Shown in pieces: positions 10,726 through 19,690 of a stretch of 62,407 nucleotides of DNA. Source of the DNA: Uliginosibacterium gangwonense. Its GTDB lineage: Bacteria > Pseudomonadota > Gammaproteobacteria > Burkholderiales > Rhodocyclaceae. How positions within the stretch are numbered: position 1 is the first letter of the stretch; each line of letters starts with the position of its first letter. Location: NCBI GenBank assembly GCA_020723855.1, contig DYIB01000001.1:1-62407 (forward strand), read 5' to 3'. A model generated the notes under the pieces. It was given only the letters and a program-made list of their open reading frames with translations. It had not been told where the DNA came from and did no database searches. The position numbers were made by a program, and so were the translations under genes.

Positions 10726-11868
10726 TCAGGCCTTCTCACTGGTTACTTCCTTGGCAATGATCAGCTTCAATATCTCGCTGGTGCCGCCGCCGATGAGGGT
10801 GAAGCGCACGTCGCGCAGGTAACGCTGTACCGGATACTCCATGGCGTAGCCGTAGGAGGCCAGCACGCGCGCCGCCTGGTCGCAGATGCGTGCCGCCGCC
10901 TCGGTGGCGAACAGCTTGGCCATGGCCGCCTCCTTGTGGTGGGGCTGGCCGGCGTCGCGGCGCCAGGCGGCGTAGTACACCAACCGGGTGGCGGCCTCCA
11001 GGTCCGTGGCCATCTCGGCCAGCTTCAACTGGATGGCCTGGAAGCGGTCGATGGGCTTGCCGAACTGGCTGCGGCTCCCCGCGTAGCACACCGCTTCGTC
11101 CAGGGCGGCGCGCGCCACACCCAGGGCCATGGCGCCGGTGATGATGCGGATCTCCGCCAGGGTCTTGCGCAGATGGCCCTCGCCGTCGCCTTCCTCCCGG
11201 GACAAGCGGTGGCTGTCGGGCACGAAGCAGTCGTCGAAGGCCACTTCCGAGGTGGGCAGGGCCCATACCCCCATCTTGTGGATCTCCCGGCCCACGGTGA
11301 GGCCGGGGAAGGCCTTCTCCACCAGGAAGATGGTCAGCTTCTTCTCCTCGCCGGCCTTGGCGAACACGGTGAAGAAGTCGGCCACGGGGGCGGAAGTGAT
11401 CCAGGTCTTCTGGCCGTTGATGACATAGCCCCCGTCCACCTTGCGCGCCGTGGTGGCGATGGCGCCCAGATCCGAGCCGGCGTTGGGCTCGGTCATGCAG
11501 ATGGCGCCGATCTTCTCGCCGCGCAGGGCCGGCTTGAACAGGCGCTCGACGATGTCCCGGCTTCCCAGCATGTGCAGGAACTTGGTGCCCATGAGGGACT
11601 GCATCGCCACGGCGCCGGCGAGCGACATGGAGCCGCGGGCGATCTCGCTCAAGGCCAGGCAGAATTCGGTGAGCTGCATGCCGCTGCCGCCCACGTCCTC
11701 GGGATAGCGCATGGCGAACAGGCCCAGATCGGCCAGCTCCTGGAACAGGGCACGCGGAAAGGCGCGCGCCTCGTCCAGCGCCGCCGCCTGGGGAGCGATG
11801 CGCTGGTCGCAGAAGCGGGCGAAGGTGTCGCGGATCTGCTTCTGTTCGTCGGTCAGGTCGAAGTTCAT
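10726..11868 (-). CDS. Acyl-CoA dehydrogenase
   Basis: 380 aa starting at MNFDLTDEQ. ACAD family layout with C-terminal IGGGTSEI. The 15 extra N-terminal codons in the track ORF read through the repeat element. Confidence 0.9.
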   Translation of the reverse strand: MNFDLTDEQKQIRDTFARFCDQRIAPQAAALDEARAFPRALFQELADLGLFAMRYPEDVGGSGMQLTEFCLALSEIARGSMSLAGAVAMQSLMGTKFLHMLGSRDIVERLFKPALRGEKIGAICMTEPNAGSDLGAIATTARKVDGGYVINGQKTWITSAPVADFFTVFAKAGEEKKLTIFLVEKAFPGLTVGREIHKMGVWALPTSEVAFDDCFVPDSHRLSREEGDGEGHLRKTLAEIRIITGAMALGVARAALDEAVCYAGSRSQFGKPIDRFQAIQLKLAEMATDLEAATRLVYYAAWRRDAGQPHHKEAAMAKLFATEAAARICDQAARVLASYGYAMEYPVQRYLRDVRFTLIGGGTSEILKLIIAKEVTSEKA

Positions 11869-11870
11869 GA

Positions 11871-11985
11871 AACCTCTTTCAACGCAAAGGACGCAAAGGC
11901 GCAAAGATCGCAAAGAAGGACCAGCAAGAAAGACGCATTTCTTTGCGTCCTTCGCGTCTTTGCGATCTTTGCGTTGAGAGCGGTT
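11871..11985. repeat. Intergenic hairpin element, copy 3 (most complete copy)
   Basis: tcaacgcaaaggacgcaaaggcgcaaagatcgcaaagaa / loop / ttctttgcgtccttcgcgtctttgcgatctttgcgttgagagcggtt. Lies between the hydantoinase B stop and the ACAD start. Confidence 0.8.
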
Positions 11986-11991
11986 GGTCTT

Positions 11992-13683
11992 TCACAGTTC
12001 CAGCTCCGCTTCCGTCATGCCGTAGTCACGCATCGCCGCCTCCTTCGAGATGACGCCGTTCCTCACTTCCTCGCGCAGCAGCTTGCGGTCGCGCTTCTTC
12101 GGGTCGCCGTAGCCGCCGCCGCCGCTCGCCACCTGGTGGTAGATCGTGCCCTTGGGCACGCCGGTGATGAGGTCCTTGTTCTTCGGCACCACGGTGCGGC
12201 CGTCCGGGTAGTGCAGGCGGATGAAGTTGAGCCCGCCGTCGCCGCCTCCGAACAGGCCGAAGGCCGGCTCGAAGTCGCCGTCGCCGAAGGTCACCAGTTG
12301 CGTGTCGTCGGAGCCGATGCGGAAAATGGTCTCCACCCCCAGGCCGCCGCGCCACTGGCCGGGGCCCGCCGAGTCGGTCAGGTACTCGTGCTTGATCAGC
12401 AGATGCGGCGTCTGCTGCTCGAACATCTCGTAGTCCTGGTCCAGCACGCCGCCCGAGGCGTCGATCATGCCGATGTGGTCGTAGCCGTCCGTGCCCAGCA
12501 TGGCGCCCGACCCGCCCTTGAGGCCCATGAAGCCGATGTCCACGTACTTCTCGTTCTTCTCGGGATCGAGGCCCGTGGTGAGGGAGCACAGCAGGTTGTT
12601 CCAGCCGGCGGTGACCCGCTCCGGCATGACCGGCGCCAGCGCCCGCTGGATGGCGTCGGCATTGGGCGGGCACAGGTGGTTGCCGAAGGTGGTGGCCTTC
12701 GGGTACGCGGCATTGAGGATGGTGCCCTCGGGAATGACGATCTCGATGGGCTGCACCATGCCCTCGTTGTGGGGGATGTCCGGGTTCACCATCTGCAGCA
12801 GGGTGAGGATGGTGGCCGAGGCGCTGGAGGTGAAGGTGCCGTTCACGAAGCCGTTGGTCTGGGCGTCGGTGCGCGAGTAGTCGAACTTGATGGACTTGTC
12901 GCGCACCTCGATGTCCACCCGGATGGTGAACTTGGAGCCCTCGTGGCGCCCGTCGTAGTAGACATAGCCCTCGCCGCTGTATCTCCCGTTGGGGATCTTG
13001 GCGATCTCCGCTTCCATCATCTTGCGCGTGGCCTCGAACAGGGCCTGCTTGTGCGCCTCGTAGCTGTCCAGGCCGTACTTGGCGAGCAGCTCCAGCACCC
13101 GCCGCTCGCCCACGGTGCAGGCGCCGATCTCCGCCTTCATGTCGTGCTGCACGATGTCCAGGCGGATGTTGGCGAAGATCAAGTCCCACACGTCCTTGCG
13201 CAGCTTGCCCTTCTCATACACCTTGACGGGCGGAATGCGCAGGGCCTCCTGCCACACTTCCACCGCATTCGGGTTGTAGCCGCCCTGGACCGCGCCGCCG
13301 ATGTCCGCCTGGTGACCTTTCACCGCCGTCCAGGCCACCAGCCTGCCCTCGAAGAACACGGGCTTGAACACAGCCACATCGTTGTTCTGGTTGCCCAGGC
13401 TGAACACGTCGTTGTGGAAGATGACGTCGCCCGGGTGGATCTCGTCGCCGAAGTACTGCTTGATGTACTTGCACACGGGCGCCAGGGAAAAGGCCAGGAT
13501 GGGCAGGTTCTCCGTTTGCTCCAGCATGTTGCCGTCGCCGTCGTACAGGCCCGTGACGTAATCCTTGGCTTCGCACAGGATGGGCGAACGGGTGGTCTGC
13601 TCCATGGAGATGCTCATCTCGTCCGTGATGGACTTGAAGGTCCGGGCATAGACGGAGAGCAGGATGGGATCGATAGCTTTCAT
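11992..13683 (-). CDS. Hydantoinase B/oxoprolinase-family subunit (HyuB-like); candidate lactam-ring-opening enzyme
   Basis: Recognisable HyuB/AcxB-type sequence. The ATG at 13681-13683 overlaps the hydantoinase A stop as ATGA, with AAGGAGG upstream. The track ORF starts at an upstream GTG. Confidence 0.85.
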   Translation of the reverse strand: MKAIDPILLSVYARTFKSITDEMSISMEQTTRSPILCEAKDYVTGLYDGDGNMLEQTENLPILAFSLAPVCKYIKQYFGDEIHPGDVIFHNDVFSLGNQNNDVAVFKPVFFEGRLVAWTAVKGHQADIGGAVQGGYNPNAVEVWQEALRIPPVKVYEKGKLRKDVWDLIFANIRLDIVQHDMKAEIGACTVGERRVLELLAKYGLDSYEAHKQALFEATRKMMEAEIAKIPNGRYSGEGYVYYDGRHEGSKFTIRVDIEVRDKSIKFDYSRTDAQTNGFVNGTFTSSASATILTLLQMVNPDIPHNEGMVQPIEIVIPEGTILNAAYPKATTFGNHLCPPNADAIQRALAPVMPERVTAGWNNLLCSLTTGLDPEKNEKYVDIGFMGLKGGSGAMLGTDGYDHIGMIDASGGVLDQDYEMFEQQTPHLLIKHEYLTDSAGPGQWRGGLGVETIFRIGSDDTQLVTFGDGDFEPAFGLFGGGDGGLNFIRLHYPDGRTVVPKNKDLITGVPKGTIYHQVASGGGGYGDPKKRDRKLLREEVRNGVISKEAAMRDYGMTEAELEL

Positions 13684-15797
13684 GCCGGCACGGCCTCCTT
13701 GTTCATGCACGATTGCACCAGGTCCTCTCGCCCCTTGGCGAACAGGGCGAAGGAGCCGTAGGCGTCCACCACGCAGTCGTAGGAGGCGCTGACGAAGATG
13801 GCGGTGGTCTCCTGCTCGATCATCGCCGGCCCGTCTACCCGGTTGCCGTAGCCCATCTTGTGGCCGTCATACACCGGCACTTCCTGGAAGGCCTGGCTCT
13901 CCGGGATGTACACGCTGCGCCGGCCCTTGAGCGCCGCGTCGGCGTCCTCGCCGGCCCAGGCCTCCTGGCGATAGGCGGGTTTGTCGGTGGTGCCGATGGC
14001 CTGCACCCGCACATTGATGATCTCCACTGGCGTGTTCTCCTGCTCCAGGGAATAGCCGTAGAGCCGGTTGTGCTCGGCGTGGAAGGCGCGGGCGATGGCA
14101 GCGGTGTCGCGGTCCTCGATCAGCTCCCGCGCCACGGCGAAGGACACCTCGTGGTACTGCTTGATGTAGCGGCAGTCGAGCTTCACCTCAAAGCGCCGGC
14201 GCTCCGGCGGGATGCGCTCCTCGGCGAGCTGCCGCGCCCCCTCCCGGCTCATCTCGTCCACCACGGCGGCCAGGCGGGCCCAGTCCACGCCCTCCAGCCG
14301 CGCCACGAAGGTGCGCACGAAATCGTGCTTCAGCTCGCTCATGAGCATGCCGAAGGCGCACAGCACCGAGGATTCGCGCGGCACGATCTGCAGGGGGATT
14401 TCCAGCTCGCTGCAGATGAGGCAGGCATGGATGGGTCCGGCGCCGCCGGCGGGAATGATGGGAAATTCGCGCGGATCGAAGCCGCGCTTGATGGTCACTT
14501 CGCGCACGCCCTGGGCCATGTTGTTGCAGGCCACCCGGTACATGCCGGCCGCCGCCTCCTCGACGGACAGGCCCATGGGCCGGGCGATGTGTTCCTCGAT
14601 GGCGCGGCGCGCCGCCTGCGCGTCCAGTTTCATCCTGCCGCCGGCGAAGAAGGCCGGATCCAGGTAGCCCAGCACCACGTTGGCGTCGGTGGTGGTGGGC
14701 AGCCGGCCGCCCTTGCCGTAGCAGGCCGGGCCGGGATCGGCGCCGGCGCTCTGGGGGCCCATGCGCAGCAGCCCGCCCTCGTCGATCCAGCCGATGGAAC
14801 CGCCGCCGGCGCCGATGGTGTGGATGTCCAGCATGGGCAGCGCAATCTTGTGGCGCGCGATCTCGCCGTCGTTCTTGATCATGGGCGCCTCCACCGCCAC
14901 CGAGGCCTCGAAGCTGGTGCCGCCCATGTCGGTGGTGATGCACTTGTTCTGGCCGTGGGCGCGCACGTAGAATAGGCCCGCGCCCGGCCCGCCGGCGGGG
15001 CCGGAGAGCAGGGTCAGCGCCGCCTTCTCCCGCGCCAGCTGGGGCGAGATGACGCCGCCGTTGCTCTGCATGATCAGCAGCAGGCCGCCGAAGCCGATGC
15101 CCTTCAAGCGCCCGACGAGCTGGTCCAGGTAGTGGTTGAGCTTGGGGCCCACGTAGGAGTTCAGCGCCGTGGTGCTCACCCGCTCGTAGAAGCGGATGGA
15201 GGGCAGCAGGTCGGTGGATACCGTGAGATACGCACCCGGCATCTCCTTGCGCACCAGCTCGGCCGCGGCCCGCTCGTGGGCCGGGTTGGCGAAGGAGTTC
15301 ATGAAGCATATGGACACCGCCGCTACCGCCTCGCGCTTGAACAGCTCGATGGCTTCCTCCACCTGTCCCAGATCGAGGGGTGCCACTTCGCGCCCGCGCC
15401 GGTCCAGGCGGCCGTCCACGCCGACGCGCAGGTAGCGGGGCACCAGGGGCTTCACGTTGGTGTAGCGGTTGTTGTACTGCTCCTCGCGGATGCCTCGGCG
15501 CATCTCCAGGGCGTCGCGCACCCCGGCGGTGGTGATGAGGCCGCACCTGGCGCCGGTGTGGGTGAGGGTGGCGTTGGTCGTCACCGTGGTGCCGTGGACG
15601 ATGGTGTCGATGGTGGCGGCGAAGCGCTCCAGGGACAGGCCGGCACCGGCGGCGATGTCGCCGAGGCCGCTGACCACCGCGATGGACGGATCGGCGGGCG
15701 TGGACAGGGTCTTGAAGATCGCCGGAGGGGCGCCATCGCAGGCGACGACAAAGTCGGTGAAGGTGCCGCCGACGTCGATTCCTATTTTCAATGCCAT
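13680..15797 (-). CDS. Hydantoinase A/oxoprolinase-family ATPase subunit (HyuA-like)
   Basis: 705 aa. N-terminal IGIDVGGTFTDFV actin-fold ATPase motif typical of HyuA/AcxA/Apc. Confidence 0.9.
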   Translation of the reverse strand: MALKIGIDVGGTFTDFVVACDGAPPAIFKTLSTPADPSIAVVSGLGDIAAGAGLSLERFAATIDTIVHGTTVTTNATLTHTGARCGLITTAGVRDALEMRRGIREEQYNNRYTNVKPLVPRYLRVGVDGRLDRRGREVAPLDLGQVEEAIELFKREAVAAVSICFMNSFANPAHERAAAELVRKEMPGAYLTVSTDLLPSIRFYERVSTTALNSYVGPKLNHYLDQLVGRLKGIGFGGLLLIMQSNGGVISPQLAREKAALTLLSGPAGGPGAGLFYVRAHGQNKCITTDMGGTSFEASVAVEAPMIKNDGEIARHKIALPMLDIHTIGAGGGSIGWIDEGGLLRMGPQSAGADPGPACYGKGGRLPTTTDANVVLGYLDPAFFAGGRMKLDAQAARRAIEEHIARPMGLSVEEAAAGMYRVACNNMAQGVREVTIKRGFDPREFPIIPAGGAGPIHACLICSELEIPLQIVPRESSVLCAFGMLMSELKHDFVRTFVARLEGVDWARLAAVVDEMSREGARQLAEERIPPERRRFEVKLDCRYIKQYHEVSFAVARELIEDRDTAAIARAFHAEHNRLYGYSLEQENTPVEIINVRVQAIGTTDKPAYRQEAWAGEDADAALKGRRSVYIPESQAFQEVPVYDGHKMGYGNRVDGPAMIEQETTAIFVSASYDCVVDAYGSFALFAKGREDLVQSCMNKEAVPA

Positions 15798-15825
15798 GTG
15801 GGATCCTAGGGTTGGGGTTTTCCGT

Positions 15826-17364
15826 TCAGGCGGGCAACGAGAAACCGGAAACTTGTTTTTCCACCATCTGCCGCACGTCTTCCTTGCGGATCTTGCCCAG
15901 CGCCGTGCGCGGCAGCTGCTCGACGAACACCACGTCCTTGGGGTGCTTGTAGCGGGCCAGCCGCCCCTCGAACAGCTTCATCACGTCCTCGGCGGTAAGC
16001 CGCTGGCCGGGCTTGGGCACGACCACTGCCACCACCACTTCGCCCCAGCGGGCGTCGCTGCGGCCCACCACCGCCGCCTCCTCGACGCCGGGGCACTCGT
16101 ACAGGACGTTCTCGATCTCGGCCGGGTAGATGTTCTCGCCGCCGGAAATGATCATGTCCTTCTTGCGGCCGTCCACGAACAGGCACTGGTCCTCGTCCCA
16201 GTGGCCCATGTCGCCGGTATGGAACCAGCCGTCCTTGAGCACGGCGGCGGTCGCCTCCGGCCGGTTCCAGTAGCCGTTCATGACATTCGGGCCGCGCACC
16301 ACGATCTCGCCGGTGGCGCCGGGCGCCACCTCCCGGCCCTGCTCGTCCACCACGCGCACGGCGCAGTGGGGCGCCGTCCGGCCGGCGGAACCGGGCCTGG
16401 CGCGGGCATCGGCGGCCGTCTGGCAGGTGGCGATGGGACAGGTCTCGGTGGAGCCGTACACCTGGGCCAGAGGCACGCCTTTGTCATGGACGGCGCGCAG
16501 GATGCGCGACGGCACGACGGTGGAGCCGGTGGTGATCATGCGCAGGCGGGAGAAATCGGCCCCCGCCCAGCGCGGGTTGGCCATCATCATGTCGAGCTGG
16601 GCCGGCACCAGCACCGTCAGGGTGATGCCGTCGCGCTCGATGGCGTCGAACACCGCGTCCGCCTCGAAGCGCGGGTGCAGCACCACGGTGCAGCCGGCAT
16701 ACAGGGCGGGCGTGGTCTGGATGTTGAGCCCGCCCACGTGGAACAGGGGCAGGGTGGTCAGGATGCGGTCGCCGGCCGTCATCCGGTGCATGGCCAGGCT
16801 GTTCAGGGCGTTCCAGTAAAGGGCCCGGTGGGACAGCAGCACGCCCTTGGGGGTGCCGGTCGAGCCGGAGGTGTAGCAGACGAGCAGGGGCGCGTCGGCG
16901 TCCGGGACGGAGGATGGCGCCGCGGCCTCGCCCTGGGCGAGGAAGTCCTCATGGCGCCGCCAGCCGCCGGGCACCGTGTCGCCCAGGGCAACCAGCGTCA
17001 TGGGCGCCAGCGCGGCGCGTATGCCTTCGGTCTGGGCGACGAACTGGGGGCCCACCACCATCACCGCCGGCGGGCAGTCGGCGAGCATCTGCCGGTGCTC
17101 GGGGGCGGCCAGGCGCCAGTTGAGGGGCATGTACAAGGCGCCCAGGCGCGCGCAGGCGAACAGCAGGGCGACCATTTCCGGGCTGTTGTAGCCGAGATAC
17201 GCCACGCAGCGCCCCTGGCCCACGCCGCAGGCCGCCAGGGCGCCCGCCAGCCGGCCCACCAGGGCCGCCAGTTCCCCGTAGGTATAGTCCCGCCCGCAGC
17301 CGATCAGCGCCGCCTTGCCGGGCGCAGCCGCGGCATGACGGTCTATCCATCCGGATACGTCCAT
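15826..17364 (-). CDS. AMP-forming acyl/aryl-CoA ligase (IaaB-like candidate)
   Basis: 512 aa starting at MDVSGWIDRH. AMP-binding motif YTSGSTGTPKGV. AGGAGGAGAAGG directly precedes the ATG at 17364. The longer track ORF overlaps the thiolase gene. Confidence 0.85.
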   Translation of the reverse strand: MDVSGWIDRHAAAAPGKAALIGCGRDYTYGELAALVGRLAGALAACGVGQGRCVAYLGYNSPEMVALLFACARLGALYMPLNWRLAAPEHRQMLADCPPAVMVVGPQFVAQTEGIRAALAPMTLVALGDTVPGGWRRHEDFLAQGEAAAPSSVPDADAPLLVCYTSGSTGTPKGVLLSHRALYWNALNSLAMHRMTAGDRILTTLPLFHVGGLNIQTTPALYAGCTVVLHPRFEADAVFDAIERDGITLTVLVPAQLDMMMANPRWAGADFSRLRMITTGSTVVPSRILRAVHDKGVPLAQVYGSTETCPIATCQTAADARARPGSAGRTAPHCAVRVVDEQGREVAPGATGEIVVRGPNVMNGYWNRPEATAAVLKDGWFHTGDMGHWDEDQCLFVDGRKKDMIISGGENIYPAEIENVLYECPGVEEAAVVGRSDARWGEVVVAVVVPKPGQRLTAEDVMKLFEGRLARYKHPKDVVFVEQLPRTALGKIRKEDVRQMVEKQVSGFSLPA

Positions 17365-17438
17365 CCTTCTCCTCCTGTTGGCGGCGGGCGTCTCGAGGCA
17401 CCCTACCGGCCCCACTCTGTCGGGGGAGATGCCTGCGG

Positions 17439-18650
17439 TTATCCTTGTCTTCCGGTCACTTGCAGCACTACCGCCATGGCGCTGTCGCCGGCGGCGCAGC
17501 CGGTGAACAGGCCGTAGCCGCCGCCACGCAGCGCCAGCTCCTCGATCAGTTCGATGATCGCCCGCGTGCCCATGGGCGCCTGGGGATGCCCCCACACCAG
17601 GGAGCAGCCGAAGTTGTTCATGCTCGCCACATCGACATCCGTCTGCCGCGCGAAGTAGATGTCATTCACCGCGAAGGGATTGTGGGTCTTGATGGCGTTC
17701 ATCTGGCCGATGGCCAGCCCCGCCTGGTCCAGGGCGCGGCGCGCCGCCGGCACCGTGGCTTCGGGCATGTGGGCCAGGGGCGCGCGCGCCAGGCCGAAGC
17801 CGTGCAGGCGCACGGCGATGCTTGGGTCGGCGGACAGCTCGCGCGCCCGCTCGGGCGCCGCGACGATGATGGCGGCATTGCCGTCGGCGGGATGGGTCTG
17901 GCCGCCGAAGGTGACGGTGCCTCCTTCCAGGACCGGCTTCAGCTTCGCCAGCCCCTCGGCGGTGGACTGGTTCACGCCTTCGTCCGCCGCCAGGCTGCCG
18001 GCGGTCTTCTTGAAGTTGGGCGCCGGCACTTCGAAGGGCAGGGTCATGAAGCGCTTGAGAAAGGCGGCGTCGTCGGCCAGGGCTTGGCGGTACTGGGCTT
18101 CGCGCCGCAGCACCAGCTCGTGCTGCTCGGCGGTGCCGATGCCGTGCTTGCGCGCCACGTTCTCCGCCGTCTGCAGCATGGAGTGGGGACCCAGCGGGTC
18201 GCAGCCGAAGTTGTCCATCACCCAGTCTTCGGCCGTGCCCGTGCCGCCCGGGCCCCTGGGATTGGGGTAGTACAGGTGTGGGCCGTTGGAGGTGCGGTCG
18301 CAGGTGACGGTCAGGGCGGCGCTGGCCATGCCCACTTCGATCTCCTGTACGCCCGCCAGCAGGCAGCGCACGCCGGTGGCACAGGCCTGCATCAGGGTGG
18401 GACCGCCCGCCTGACCGGCGCCGATCAGGCCGGTGAGCCAGGGCAGGCCGTAGAACGAGTGCTTCTGGGGCACGGAAAAGCCCAGCACGCCGTAGTCGAA
18501 GGCGGCGGGGTCGATGCTGCGCCGGGCCAGTTCGCGGCGCGCCACCCAGGCGGCGAACTCGATGCTGTGCAGGTTGGCGAAACTGCCCTGCCAGCGCGCG
18601 AAGGGCGTGCTCCAGTAGGCGCCGTAGGGGATTTCCGCCTTGTATGCCAT
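17439..18650 (-). CDS. Thiolase-family acyl-CoA acyltransferase
   Basis: 403 aa. Nucleophile Cys context MQACATG and C-terminal GCAAGD, as in thiolases. Confidence 0.85.
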   Translation of the reverse strand: MAYKAEIPYGAYWSTPFARWQGSFANLHSIEFAAWVARRELARRSIDPAAFDYGVLGFSVPQKHSFYGLPWLTGLIGAGQAGGPTLMQACATGVRCLLAGVQEIEVGMASAALTVTCDRTSNGPHLYYPNPRGPGGTGTAEDWVMDNFGCDPLGPHSMLQTAENVARKHGIGTAEQHELVLRREAQYRQALADDAAFLKRFMTLPFEVPAPNFKKTAGSLAADEGVNQSTAEGLAKLKPVLEGGTVTFGGQTHPADGNAAIIVAAPERARELSADPSIAVRLHGFGLARAPLAHMPEATVPAARRALDQAGLAIGQMNAIKTHNPFAVNDIYFARQTDVDVASMNNFGCSLVWGHPQAPMGTRAIIELIEELALRGGGYGLFTGCAAGDSAMAVVLQVTGRQG

Positions 18651-18663
18651 GGTTATCCTCCCG

Positions 18664-19362
18664 CTAGCCGACGTTGTCGGCTTCTTCCTCGTTCAGGCCG
18701 AGCGCTTCGATGAAGCAGCGCTTGGCTTCCGTCAGGTGGTCCAGCATGGCCGCCGCGGCGGCGTCGCCGTCGCCCGCCGCCAGCGCCGCGGCGATGCGCT
18801 TGATACCCCGCAGCACTACGGTGCGCACCTTGGGATCGCCCAGGGTGAGCACGCGCAGGTGCTGCACATGGTCCGCGTACAGTTCCACGGCATGGACCAG
18901 GCGCTGGTTGTCCACCAGGGACAGCCAGGTGCTGCGGAAGCGGGCGTTGAATTCCATGAAGGCCTCGTTGTCGTTGGCCTTGTGGGCGGCCACGCCGGCT
19001 TCCACCACCTTGGCGAGCAGCGCCCGGACGGCGGGATCGGTGCCGAACTTCGCCACGTGGCGCAGGGCTGCCGGCTCCAGCAGGCAGCGCACTTCGTAGA
19101 TGTCGTCCACGTCCTTGAGGCTCAGGGCCGGCACCACGAAACTGCGGCCGTCGGACACCACCAGTCCTTCGCTCGCCAGGCGCGTCAGGGCCTCGCGCAC
19201 CGGGGTGCGGGACACGCCCAGGGAGGCGGCCAGGGCCACCTCCTGCAGGGGCTGGCCGGGCAGGATCTTGCCGTTGCGCAATTGGCTGCGCAGGGTGCGA
19301 TAGACCTGGTCGCCCAGGGCAAGGGGCCGCTCGAGGGGCTTCAGGGACGAGACCACGGGCAT
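18664..19362 (-). CDS. GntR-family (FadR/FCD-type) transcriptional regulator; first gene of the operon
   Basis: 232 aa. Winged-helix segment LPGQPLQEVALAASLGVSRTPVREAL plus a helical C-terminal domain. Only 13 bp separate it from the thiolase start. Confidence 0.85.
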   Translation of the reverse strand: MPVVSSLKPLERPLALGDQVYRTLRSQLRNGKILPGQPLQEVALAASLGVSRTPVREALTRLASEGLVVSDGRSFVVPALSLKDVDDIYEVRCLLEPAALRHVAKFGTDPAVRALLAKVVEAGVAAHKANDNEAFMEFNARFRSTWLSLVDNQRLVHAVELYADHVQHLRVLTLGDPKVRTVVLRGIKRIAAALAAGDGDAAAAAMLDHLTEAKRCFIEALGLNEEEADNVG

Positions 19363-19415
19363 GCCTCCAGTCGTCGGGGACGCGCGGGTCCCCGGTGAGG
19401 AATTGGCGATGTGTG

Positions 19416-19445
19416 TACTGTATACATTAATTATGGCCGCGTAAA
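19416..19445 (-). promoter_or_regulatory. Predicted sigma70 promoter (TTTACG-17 bp-TACAGT) with embedded palindromic operator TACTGTATACATT
   Basis: Minus strand: -35 at 19440-19445 and -10 at 19417-19422. 13-nt motif at 19416-19428, containing the palindrome TGTATACA, is identical to 21738-21750. Confidence 0.5.
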
Positions 19446-19519
19446 GGGTATAGCAGCGTTTTCTCGCCTAGCTTTTTCGCGTAAGCTCGGTTTCGGCTCG
19501 CCGACGGAAACTGGTTGTC

Positions 19520-19675
19520 ATGAATGCCGCAAAGTGTCCCCTGTGCGGAGGGCCGGTCCAGCGCATCCGGCGCCGCTTCGTCGACCGCATCCTCAGCCTG
19601 CTGCGTCCTATCGCGCGCTACCGCTGCCAGTCGGCGCGCTGCCAGTGGGAGGGCAATCTGCCCAGGCCGCGCTGA
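19520..19675 (+). CDS. Possible 51-aa zinc-ribbon protein (below the ORF-track size cut-off)
   Basis: Translates to MNAAKCPLCGGPVQRIRRRFVDRILSLLRPIARYRCQSARCQWEGNLPRPR. It has CPxC...CxxxxC spacing and GC-rich third positions. The SD is weak. Confidence 0.35.
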   Translation: MNAAKCPLCGGPVQRIRRRFVDRILSLLRPIARYRCQSARCQWEGNLPRPR

Positions 19676-19690
19676 CAGGCTCCGTTCAAC

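Noticed and set aside
11992-15797. Hydantoinase A/B pair considered as acetone or acetophenone carboxylase
   Set aside because: There is no gamma/epsilon-type small subunit gene adjacent. The context (Mo hydroxylase, mutase, CoA-transferase) fits lactam hydrolysis better. Sequence alone cannot fully exclude a carboxylase.
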